Origin: Octopus vulgaris
Taxonomy: Eukaryota
Assembly: GCA_951406725.2 (NCBI GenBank)
Contig: OX597823.1
Span: forward strand, 70,246,001-70,310,000
Direction: 5' to 3'
Length of the DNA stretch: 64,000 nucleotides
Below are positions 52,305 through 64,000 of the stretch, one piece after another. The notes beneath the pieces are model-generated. The model had not been told where the DNA came from, did no database searches, and worked only from the letters and a program-made list of their open reading frames with translations. Made by a program: the position numbers and the translations under genes. The first letter of the stretch is position 1, and each line of letters begins with the position of its first letter.

Positions 52305-53659
52305 ATAGTAATATAGGTGTATAAAGGCTGAATGTGAATTCGTCCTTTAATTGGAGGTTTCCAGAAATAATTTCTTATGTTGATTCTTCATACTTCGCTG
52401 TAAATTTATGAAGATATGAAAGTAGTACTTGTATATAATGTATGATGAATTTATGGAATGAAGTTCCATAAATCCCATCAAATTCGTTAAAGATGGAGGA
52501 AACAAGTTGTTAAAATTTATAAGTTTAATTCTTGCAGATAATCATTTCATACAAGGATATCATCATCATCATCGTTTAATGTCTGCTTTCCATGCTAGCA
52601 TGGGTTGGACAATTTGACTGAGGACTGGCAAACCAGATGGCTGCACCAATCTGATCTGGCAGAGTTTCTACAGCTGGATGCCCTTCCTAACACCAATGTT
52701 TGAATTAAATTAAATAAATATCACTGTACCCTTCAGTGCAGGAAGGAAAGAAACCATAATACAAGGAACTTAAAAAAGAATAGAGTAGAAAAAAATTGGT
52801 TCTAGGAGAGTCATATAGGTATCCCTGTAAGAAAGAGATGGGAGTCATATCGGATATTGAACCATAAATAACAGCTTCAATGGTTATTTGAAGATATAAG
52901 TAAAGAGGTATCGGAGATGTTCCCTCTATAGGTAATTATGGAAATTAGAATTATAGTTCCATATATGCAGTGTGGGGCAAGTAAGTAGGAGAAATGTCCA
53001 ATGGGAAGACAATACCAAATGTAAATTAAACCTAACCATTGAAATCAATACGGAGTATAATATATTTCTAAAAAATCAATAAAAATTTTAGTAGTCGTTG
53101 GCTGGTGGATTTGGCTAAAGAGAATCAGGCACTGTTTGCAACAACAGCCTACACAAAAATTCTTCTTCATATTCTTCCTTTTCATCATTTCCACATGATC
53201 TCTATACTAATTATTCATCCCCTAACAACCATTTTCTTTACTGTTTGTTTCCTCCCTATACAAGCCAGAAAACAGTGTCAGGAAGATGCACAATGTAAGT
53301 CCAATGAAGTGCTACTCTAATGTCTAAAGCTGCAAACATTACATAAATTCTTACGTTGAATTTTTGCGTAAACTGGCATTGCATGTAGAGTTGGTACGGA
53401 AACAATTGTTAGGAATCATTAAATACGTGTTAAAGAATTTTTTGACCTTCTAATTATTTGGATTATAATTTACTCATTACCATACCCACACAACGGTTTT
53501 ACTGTCATAAAGCCAGGATTTTCTACACTTGGAGAATTTTGGTATTAATCTGGAATCCCACAGTGTTGATAATTCAGAATTTGGTTTTAGTGGCTTCACT
53601 GGAATTACCCTACCTCTATACCCTACTAGGACTTAAGATTATATATATACAAATATATA

Positions 53660-54538
53660 TCATCATCATCATCGTTTAACGTCCGCTTTCCATGCTAGCA
53701 TTGGTTGGACGATTTGACTGAGGACTGGCGAACCAGATGGCTGCACTAGGCTCCAATCTGATCTGGCAGAGTTTCTACAGCTAGATGCCCTTTCTAACAT
53801 CAACCACTCCAAGAGTGTGGTTGGTTCTTTTACGTGCCACTGGCACAAGCGCCAGTCAGGTGGTACTGGCAGTGGCCACGCTCAAATGGTGCTTTTTACA
53901 TGCCACCTGCACAGGAGCCTGTCCAGCGGCACTGGCAACGACCTCGCTTAAATGTTTTTTCATGTTCCACAGGCACAAGTGCCAGTAAGGCGATGCTGGT
54001 AACGATCACACTCTAATGGTGCTTTTTATGTGCCACCGGCACGGAAGCCAGTCAGCTGCTCTGGCAACAATCACACTCGGATGGTGCTCTTAGCGCTCTA
54101 CCAGCACGGATGCCAGTCATCGAATTTGATTTCGATTTCACTTGCCTCAACAGGTCTTCGCAAGCAGAGTTTAGTGCCCAATGAAGAAAAGGTAGGCATA
54201 AGTGGGCTGGTTACACTCCTAGCATAGACCACGAGGTTATAGTATCATTTGGGCTTGCCGGGTCTTCTCAAGCACAGCATATTTCCAAAGGTCTCGGTCA
54301 CTAGTCATTGCCTCAGTGAGGCCTATTGTTCAAAAGTTGTTTTTCACCACTTCATCCCAGGTTTTCCGGGGTCTACCTCTTTCGCAGGTTCCCTCAACCA
54401 CTAGGGTGCGGCACTTTTTCACACAGCTATGCTCATCCATTCTCGCCACATGACCATACCAGCACAGTTGTCTCTCTTGCACACTACATCTGATGCGTTT
54501 TTAGATTCAACTTTTCTCTCAAGGTACTTACACTCTGT
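53660..54538 (-). mobile_element. RTE LINE 3' end with UTR containing about 45-bp internal repeats
   Basis: Reverse complement of the 15.9-16.65 kb copy; (CAT)n tail at 53660. Confidence 0.88.
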
Positions 54539-55071
54539 CGAGTATATATATATATATATATATATATTAACACACACACACACACATGCGCACATACATA
54601 CATACACACACATATATCTGCCTTGTCTGGTAGTAGAGATAAGACTTGTGAATGGGTTCCATCACAAATGACCTTGATAATTTAGTAGGTTAATCTGACC
54701 ACAAATCATTTTCTAACCACTTACCAGTAGGCATTAAGCATCTCTTTGATAGATATATGCCAGACAAATGCTACCACAGCATTCTCTATTGTTAGAAGTG
54801 GGGATAACTGGGTCACTGGAGGTCGCTTATTCCTTCCTTCTAGTTAAAACCCTACTAAGCTCAGATTTCCCTGATCTGATTAAATGTACATTATTTTGGT
54901 AAATCCATTCTGTCAAATGAAATAGCAGCAGAATCTGTGAACATGTTTCGCTCCATGTATTTTAAAACATGTTCAATCATTTGGCATGCTTTTCAATCAT
55001 TGTAAAGTACGTGCATTCACTGAAGAAAACGGTTTCTTTATAAAGATGTAATGTACTCATTAATCAATTAA

Positions 55072-55533
55072 CCCTTTAGCATTCAAACCGGCCATATCCG
55101 GCCAAAATAGTCTACCTGTTTCATCTTCAAATCTGTCAGATCTGGCCTCACACACCTATCCTACGATGTCATTTTAAAAATAAACAGTCATATCAGCGAA
55201 ATCTTGAAACTATATGATAGTGCATGATGAATTCAAAATAATGTAAATCAATAAGCATTATACTTGTTAGATTAATCATCATCATCGTTTAACGTCCGTT
55301 CTCCATGCTAGCATTGGGTGGACGGTTCGACCAGGGATCTGGAAAGCCAGAAGGCTACACCAGGCTCCAATCTGATCTGGCAGTGTTTCTACAGCTGGAT
55401 GCCCTTCCTAACGCCAACCACTCCGTGAGTGTAGTGGGTGCTTTTTACGTGCCACAATCGGATTGGTCCTTTTTACGTGCCACCAGCACGGAAACCAGTC
55501 AAGGCGGCGCTGGCATTGGCCAATGCTAAAGGG
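55072..55533. mobile_element. piggyBac-like MITE carrying an RTE tail, inserted in a foldback MITE
   Basis: TTAA|CCCTTTAGCATT ... AATGCTAAAGGG|TTAA. Confidence 0.88.
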
Positions 55534-55599
55534 TTAAAGGAGTCATAAGAAATGGCCAGAATGAATTGACACTTGTCCTTCAATTGTTACTTATTTATA

Positions 55600-55930
55600 T
55601 TTTACACACACACATATATATACACATACATACATATACATATATCCACATACATATATGTATATACACACACATAAATATATATACACATATATATATA
55701 CGTACACAAACACACACATATATATACACACACACATATATATATAAGTTATATAAAAATATATATGCATATACACATTTATACATATATATATAAACAT
55801 AAAAATATATATAGATATATACATATATATATACATACACATACATGTATAAATGCATGAATATACGTATACATACATAGATATATATACATACACACAT
55901 ATGTACATACATAAATATACGTATACATAC

Positions 55931-55961
<31 letters not shown>

Positions 55962-56241
55962 CATACATACATATATATATACATACCTATATATATATAT
56001 ACATACATATATATATACATACATATATATACATATATATATACATACATATATATATACAAACATACATATATATATATATATGTATTCATACATATAT
56101 ATATATATTCATACATATATATATACATACATATATATATATATTCATACATATATATATACATACATATATATATATATACATACATATATATATATAT
56201 ATACATACATATAAATATATATTCATACATATATATATACA

Positions 56242-56273
<32 letters not shown>

Positions 56274-56695
56274 CATATACATACATATATACATACATAC
56301 ATATATATATATACATACATACATACATATATATATATACATACATACATACATATATATACATACATACATATATATATACATACATACATATATATAT
56401 ACATACATACATATATATATACATACATACATATATATATACATACATACATATATATATACATACATACATATATATATATACATACATACATATATAT
56501 ATACATACATACATATATATATACATACATACATATATATATACATACATACATATATATATACATACATACATATATATATATATATACATACATACAT
56601 ATATATATATACATATACATATATATATATACGTACATACATTTATATATATACGTACATACATATATATATATACGTACATACATATATATACG

Positions 56696-56747
<52 letters not shown>

Positions 56748-56796
56748 CGTACATACATATATATATATATATATACGTACATATATATATATGTAT
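55600..56796. repeat. Compound (TA)n/(TACA)n microsatellite
   Basis: About 1.2 kb of TATA/TACA units. Confidence 0.98.
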
Positions 56797-57829
56797 AAGG
56801 GTGAAAAGGAACAGCCTACAGGAAAAGCCTACAGACTCTAAGCAATATCTTCCATTCAATTCATGCCACCCCAGACACACCAGGATGAATATCCCCTTCA
56901 ATCTAGCAAAAAGGATATGCACGATAGTCTCTAACGCAAACACCAGAGACACACGACTACAAGAACTAAAAGATACCCTAATCACCAGGAACTATCCACC
57001 TTCACTTATTGACAAGTGCATTCAACGTGCCCTTCAACTTAACATCAAGGAATTGAGACATCCCAAATCAAAGAAAAACTTACAACCAAAAGCCTTACCA
57101 TACATCTCCACACACAACCCTCTCAATAATGAAGCCTTCGACACCATCCTCCACAACATACCCCTCCTAAAAAAAGACCACAGAATGAACACAATCCTCC
57201 AAACACACACGATCATAAAAAGCAAAAGACAGCCTAGATCCATGAAAAGTCTCCTTACACAAGCCCGAATTCACTCTTCAACACAGAAGCCGACAGTAAA
57301 AAAATGTGGAAGACCCAATTGCGGGATATGCGACTATCTAATCGAGGGTTCTGAGTTCTCCTTCAAACAGGGACAACGGTTTACAGTGAAAAGCAACTTC
57401 ACATGTGCTTCGGAGAACCTAATATACTCACTAACCTGCTCCGGGTGTCAAGAGCAGTACATAGGCCAAACAAAAAATGGTTTGCGTAAACGAATGGCCC
57501 TGCACAGATCCCAGATAAAAATTCCCCAAAACAGAAAAATAGCTTTTAGCCAACACATAGATACTTGCGCCAACAAAAAAACACCAAACTTCAGAATTTT
57601 CCCCCTCTACCAATTTAGGGACGATACAACCTCGAGACAATAAGTAAAGAAACGAATAAGTAAAGAAAATCTCTTTATTACAAAATACAAGCCACTTCTA
57701 TACCTCAACTTTAGAATAAAAGAAAAAAATATATATACACACACAAATACTACACTCCATAGAATCCATTACTAATCAGCCCCTTCATAGCTATATTTAC
57801 ACCCATTCATATTCTCCCTTCTCTGTTTT

Positions 57830-58062
57830 TTTCTTCTTCTTCTTCTTCCTCTTCTTCTTCATCATCATCATTATCATCATCATCGGCGTCATCATCATCA
57901 CCACCATCATCATCACCACCATCTTCTCCTTCTCCTCCTTCTTCTTCTTCTTCTTCTTCTTCTTCATCATCATCATTATCATCATCATCGTCGTCATAAT
58001 CATCACCACCATCACCATCATCGTCATCTTCTCCTTCTCCTTCTTCTTCTTCTTCTTCTTCT
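57830..58062. repeat. Duplicated compound (TTC)n/(ATC)n/(ACC)n trinucleotide tract
   Basis: Two similar TTC-ATC-ACC blocks in tandem. Confidence 0.9.
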
Positions 58063-58414
58063 CCACCCCCTACCCCTTAAGTTTGTCACTAATGTTTTTT
58101 AGTATAACACCTACGCTAATTCTATAAACAAGCCTGTCAATATAAATATTCTCCTGAATTGAACTGAGACTGCCAGCCGCCACTGACCATTCAAAATACC
58201 ACCATCAGGGCACTCCCAGATTCTCCCACCCCCTTTCCTCACCAGCCTTCCCTCTACTACCCTACCAAGAACTCACAACTACCTCCAACACACAAGTGCA
58301 AACAAGGGAGTCAGAGAAAGGCAGAATGCCACTTAAATCTGAACACTACTATAGAAATATTCTTTTAAAAAAACTTTTCTTCTAATTTTTCTAAATTTAA
58401 TTATTTAATCGTTA

Positions 58415-58452
58415 CAGTTGAAAAGGTCTCAAAATGACCGAAACCGGTACTG
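58415..58452 (+). ncRNA. Minimal type I hammerhead with U3-A8 core
   Basis: cag TTGAAAA ggtc tcaaaat gacc GAAA ccgg TA ctg. Confidence 0.7.
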
Positions 58453-58504
58453 AAATGTTCACTATAAAATTATTTTAGCATTTTCTATTTTTTACTTGTT
58501 TTTT

Positions 58505-58909
58505 CATATATATATATATACGTACATACATATATATATATATATATATATGTACATACATATATATATATATACGTACATATATATATATACGTACATA
58601 CATATATATATACATATATACATACATATATATATATACATACATACATACATACGTATATATATATATACATACATATATATATATATACATACATATA
58701 TATATATATATACATACATACATACATACGTATATATATATATACATACATATATATATATATACATACATATATATATATATACATACATATATATATA
58801 TATATACATACATATATATATATATACATACATACATATATATATATATATACATACATATATATATACATACATATATACATACATATATACATACATA
58901 TATACATAC

Positions 58910-58944
<35 letters not shown>

Positions 58945-59398
58945 CATACATACATACATATATACATACATATATACATACATATATATATATATATATA
59001 CATACATACATATATATATATATACATACATATATACATATATATATATATACATACATATATATATATATACACACACATATATATATATACACATGCA
59101 TACATATATATATATACATACATATATATATATATACACACATATATATATACACATGCATACATATATGCATACATATATATGTTCACATGCATACATA
59201 TATGCATACACATGCATACATATATATATATACATATATATATATATACATATATATATATACATACATATATATATATACATACATACATATATATATA
59301 TACATACATACATATATATATATACATACATATATATATATACATACATACATATATATATATACATACATACATATATATATATACATACATACATA

Positions 59399-59430
<32 letters not shown>

Positions 59431-59441
59431 CATACATATAT

Positions 59442-59472
<31 letters not shown>

Positions 59473-59713
59473 CATACATACATATATATATACATGCATA
59501 GATATATATATACATGCATAGATATATATATATATATATATATATACATACGTACAAATATATATACATACATATATATATATATACCTGCATACATATA
59601 TATATACATACATACATATATATATACATACACACAAATATATATACATACATATATATATATATATATACACATGCATACATATATATATATACATACA
59701 TACATATATATAC

Positions 59714-59746
<33 letters not shown>

Positions 59747-59751
59747 CATAG

Positions 59752-59790
<39 letters not shown>

Positions 59791-59863
59791 TACATACATA
59801 CATAAATACATACATATATATATATATATACATACATACATATACATACATACATATACATAC

Positions 59864-59896
<33 letters not shown>

Positions 59897-59917
59897 CATA
59901 CATACATATATATATAC

Positions 59918-59951
<34 letters not shown>

Positions 59952-60083
59952 ATACATACATACATATATATACATACATACATATATATACATACATACA
60001 TATACATACATACATACATATATATATACATACATACATATATATACATACATACATATATATACATACATACATATATATAC

Positions 60084-60116
<33 letters not shown>

Positions 60117-60167
60117 CATACATATATATATATACATACATATATATATACATATATATATACATAT
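58505..60167. repeat. Compound (TA)n/(TACA)n microsatellite
   Basis: About 1.66 kb low-complexity tract; further tracts at 61192-61643 and 63193-63822. Confidence 0.98.
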
Positions 60168-61192
60168 ATCATTTACATTAATGACATTAATGACATCATC
60201 AAGCACAGCAACATAAAAATCTTTGCAGATGACTCCAAGCTACAGAAGGTCATAAATGAGGCGAGTGACCGGACATGCCTTCAGTCAGATCTACTGGCTG
60301 TTATCCAATGGGCAGAAAAAAACAATATGCTGCTGAACGAGGATAAATTTGAGCTAATCCACTTTGGAAAAGAGGATGCCCTGAAACTCCCATACTCCCT
60401 TCCTTCAGGTGAAACTCTCGCGGCGTCCAACAACATCAGAGACTTGGGAGTAATTGTGGACAACAACATAAGCTGGGCCACTCATATAAACACCAAAGTT
60501 GACATGGCCCGCAGAATGTGTTCCTGGATTCTCAGAACTTTCCAGTCGAGAGATATCCACACCATTATCCTTCTCTTCTCCACTTTTGCCCGACCCCACC
60601 TTGAATACTGTTGTCCACTGTGGTCTCCCCACACAATACAAGGTATCATAAAAGTTGAAGCACCTCAAAGGGCAATCACAAAAAAGATAGATGGCATGAC
60701 AGGCCTCGACTATTGGGGTCGACTAGAAAAGCTAAAACTCTATTCTCTCCAACGTCGTCGTGAGCGCTACATCATCTGCATGATGTGGAAAATATTCCAT
60801 CAGCATTGCCCAAATGATGTTGGCATCACCTTTAAGGTACATCCAAGGCTTGGGCCCCGTGCCATCCGCCCAAAACAAAAATCGCACTCTCATCTCATAA
60901 CAACAATACGGCACAATTATTTCACCTCAATTGGCCCCGCTCTCTTTAACATTACACCAAAACACATTAAAACAGAAACTGACCCTATAGGGTTCAAGAA
61001 GTCTTTGGACAGATTCCTTCTAGAAATCCCGGATAAACCCCCTACACCCGGATATGTCTCTGTAAACAATAACTCTCTACTTGAGTGGGCCATAGTGCCC
61101 AAATTCTGACTTGAAAGACTTCACCAGGTGGTGCTATTAAGTTAGACATGGCCTGGGCCAATAATGGCCGAAACCTATCAAAGTATCAAAGT
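60168..61192 (+). mobile_element. 5'-truncated CR1-clade LINE, open RT C-half
   Basis: [49 protein letters not shown], stop at 61109; tail (TATCAAAG)2. Confidence 0.93.
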
Positions 61193-61224
61193 ATATATAC
61201 ATATATATATACATATATATATAC

Positions 61225-61257
<33 letters not shown>

Positions 61258-61643
61258 CATATATATATACATATATATATACATATATATATACATATAT
61301 ATATACATACATATATATATATATATATATACATACATACATATACATACATATATATATATACATACATACATATATATACATACATACATATATATAT
61401 ACATACATATATATATATACATATATATATACATACATATATATATACATACATATATATATACATATATATATACATATATATACATACATATATACAT
61501 ATATACACATACATATATATATACATACATACATATATATATACATATATACATACATATATATATACATACATCATATATATACATATACATCATATAT
61601 ATACATATACATACATACATATATATATACATACATATATATA

Positions 61644-63192
61644 TTGATTTGATTCTAGTTTCAGCTCACGAGCTGTGGCCATGCTGGGGCACCGCCATTT
61701 GGTGTTGCTACATGGTTTTACTTCACGAATGCTTTTTAGCAACTGCCAGTTGATGCATGAGAGAGTTCGATGCAGCTGCCCTCATCTGTACCTCCTGCCG
61801 TGAAGTTGGTTCATCTGGGATACCTGACAAGAAGAGATCCAGTTTCATTTTAAAGACATCTGCATCCACCCCATGCAGGTCTCTTAGGTTCTTCGGGAGG
61901 ATTTTGAAGAGCTGTGGGCCTTGGAAGCCCAGGCTATCACAGTATCTTGTCCTACATCTTGATGGCAAACTTGGAGTCTTAGGCACCACGCAGTGGCGCC
62001 CAGTTCTGGCATTTGTGTAACTCGTGATGCCAAAGTTTGGGACAAGTCCCTCCAGGATCTTCCAGATGTATATTATGGCATATCTTTCTCGCCTACGCTC
62101 CAAGGAATAGAGTTTTAATCTCTTGAGTCTTTCCCAGTAGCTTATATTCTGCACAGAGGCTATCTTCTTCGTGTAGCTACGTTGGATCGCCTCAAGTTCT
62201 GTGATCAACTTGACACTGGATGGTGACCATAGCTGAGAGCAATAGTCAAAGTGGCTTAGGACAAGTGTCCTCCAGAGGACCATCATGGTTTCTTGTTCTC
62301 TTGTTCTAAAGGTTCTGAGAATCCATCCGGCCAGTTGTCTACATTTCATTGCCAATTTAGCAACATGTACACGAAAGGTTGCGCCATCACTCATGTAAAT
62401 ACCCAGGTCACGCACTGATTGTGCCTCTGGGATTGCAATTCCTCCGGGTCCAGTGTATTCATTGGGTATTGCATTTAGTTTTGCATGCTGATAGTATAAA
62501 GCTTGAAACTTCTCAGCATTGAACTGCATGCTATTCTTTTCAGCCCACTTGTATATTTTGTCCAGCTCACATTGCAGGCGTTTAGTGTCCTCAGGGTTCT
62601 GTATTGCCTGTGAAACTTTTGTATCATCTGCATAACTTGTGATCGTGGCTCTCTGCGTGGCTGAGGGCATGTCTGAGAGGGCCATTATGAACAGTAGTGG
62701 TCCCAAAACAGTGCCCTGCGGAACACCGCTCACTATTTGCGTGTTAATGGAAGTGGCCCCATTGGCTACTACCACCTGACTTCTATCTTTCAGAAAGTCA
62801 TGAAGCCATTCTCCCAGTTTTCCAACTATGCTAAGATCACGCAGTTTGTGACATATCATTCCATGATCGACTTTATCAAAGGCCTTTGCAAAGTCGAGAT
62901 ATATCACTTCCACATTTGAGTGGTTGAGCAGTCGTTTCAGCACCCAGTCATAGTGTTGTAGGAGCTGAGTTAAGCAGCTTCTTCCTGGTCGGAAACCATG
63001 TTGGGTGTCAGGCAGCAAGTCATTTTCTTCAAGGAAGGTGATCAGTTTCCTTCTGACTATTCATTCCATGACCTTGCTGATGTGTGAGGTCAGAGAGATA
63101 GGTCTGTAGTTTTTGGCCTCCGCTCTGCTACCTCCTTTATGAATAGGGCATATTTTACCTCCCTTCAGTTTTCTTGGAAGTTTGCCAGCTGC
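61644..63192 (-). mobile_element. 5'-truncated CR1-clade LINE with uninterrupted RT
   Basis: NYRPISLTSHISKVME, QHGFRPGRSCLTQL, YLDFAKAFDKVDH, SGVPQGTVLGPLLF, YADDTK; 431-aa ORF; 3' stem-loop tail. Confidence 0.95.
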
Positions 63193-63225
63193 ATACATAC
63201 ATATATACATACATACATATATACA

Positions 63226-63307
<82 letters not shown>

Positions 63308-63368
63308 CATACATACATATATATTATATATATATATAAAAGAGACCATAGTGTACGTACACCACTAT

Positions 63369-63401
<33 letters not shown>

Positions 63402-64000
63402 CATACATACACATATATATACATACACATATATATATATACATCATTGTCATCATCGTTTAGCGTCCGTTTTCCATGCTAGCATGGGTTGGACTATATA
63501 CATATAAATACATATATACATATAAATACATATATACATATACACACACACATATATAGATACATATTATACATATATATATATATATATATATACATAT
63601 ATACATATGTATATATATATATGTATACATATATACATATGTATATATATATATGTATATATATGTATATATATACATACATATATATATATATATATAC
63701 ATACATATATATATATATATACATACATATATACATACATATATATATATACATACATATATATATACATACATATATACATACATATAAAAATATATAC
63801 ATATATATACATATACATATATTTTTCTCTGCTAAGAACTGCAGCCATGCTGATGCAACTCTATATAACAATTCAATAATGAAAGATGTTATTTACACCA
63901 TATAGAAAATATATACTATAAAAACCTTAATTTAAAAATCAATAAAGTACAAAAACAATAAATAGTAAATAGCAGTAAAAAGACTAATGCGATTTTGTGG

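Larger units (their letters stand above)
56800..58500 (+). mobile_element. 5'-truncated Penelope-like element (Neptune-like Cys linker): RT thumb, GIY-YIG endonuclease and presumed 3' terminal repeat
   Basis: Open frame [71 protein letters not shown]; HHR at 58415-58452. Confidence 0.92.

Noticed and set aside
57797-58066. Poly-K/M ORF
   Set aside because: Translation of a trinucleotide repeat.
55566-60206. Long Y/I/H/T and M/Y/V/C ORFs (up to 596 aa)
   Set aside because: These are translations of stop-free (TA/TACA)n microsatellite. Only the PLE and CR1 portions are real coding remnants, so the apparent fusions are artefacts.
61145-61180. ggcc-loop-ggcc GAAAC as a hammerhead
   Set aside because: There is no CUGANGA-like core upstream; it is better explained as the CR1 3' recognition stem-loop.

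Overview
AT-rich, repeat-saturated eukaryotic DNA. The (TA)n/(TACA)n microsatellites and the SINE/RTE/Penelope repertoire look like an octopus genome, but the taxon is inferred. The window lies inside one minus-strand gene, a SYAP1/Sap47-type BSD-domain gene. Five GT-AG exons can be spliced in frame: 48017-48099, 38014-38160, 26852-26991, 20835-20926 and 4279-4479. The first and last exons were not found and probably lie outside the window. The 6-16 kb introns are filled with RTE, CR1 and Tx1-like LINE fragments, at least two clades of Penelope-like elements (PLEs), mariner, hAT, piggyBac, Mutator-like and Helitron-like non-autonomous elements, and several tRNA-derived SINE families. The most notable signal is a set of type I hammerhead-ribozyme (HHR) motifs from several unrelated repeat families. 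One has a perfect core (51962-52049, sense to the gene) and one has a U3-A8 covariant core behind a PLE ORF. A tRNA-headed SINE-like element with an HHR tail is inserted as an inverted dimer between 12-bp direct repeats. All calls were read by eye; repeat boundaries are approximate and no database search was run.
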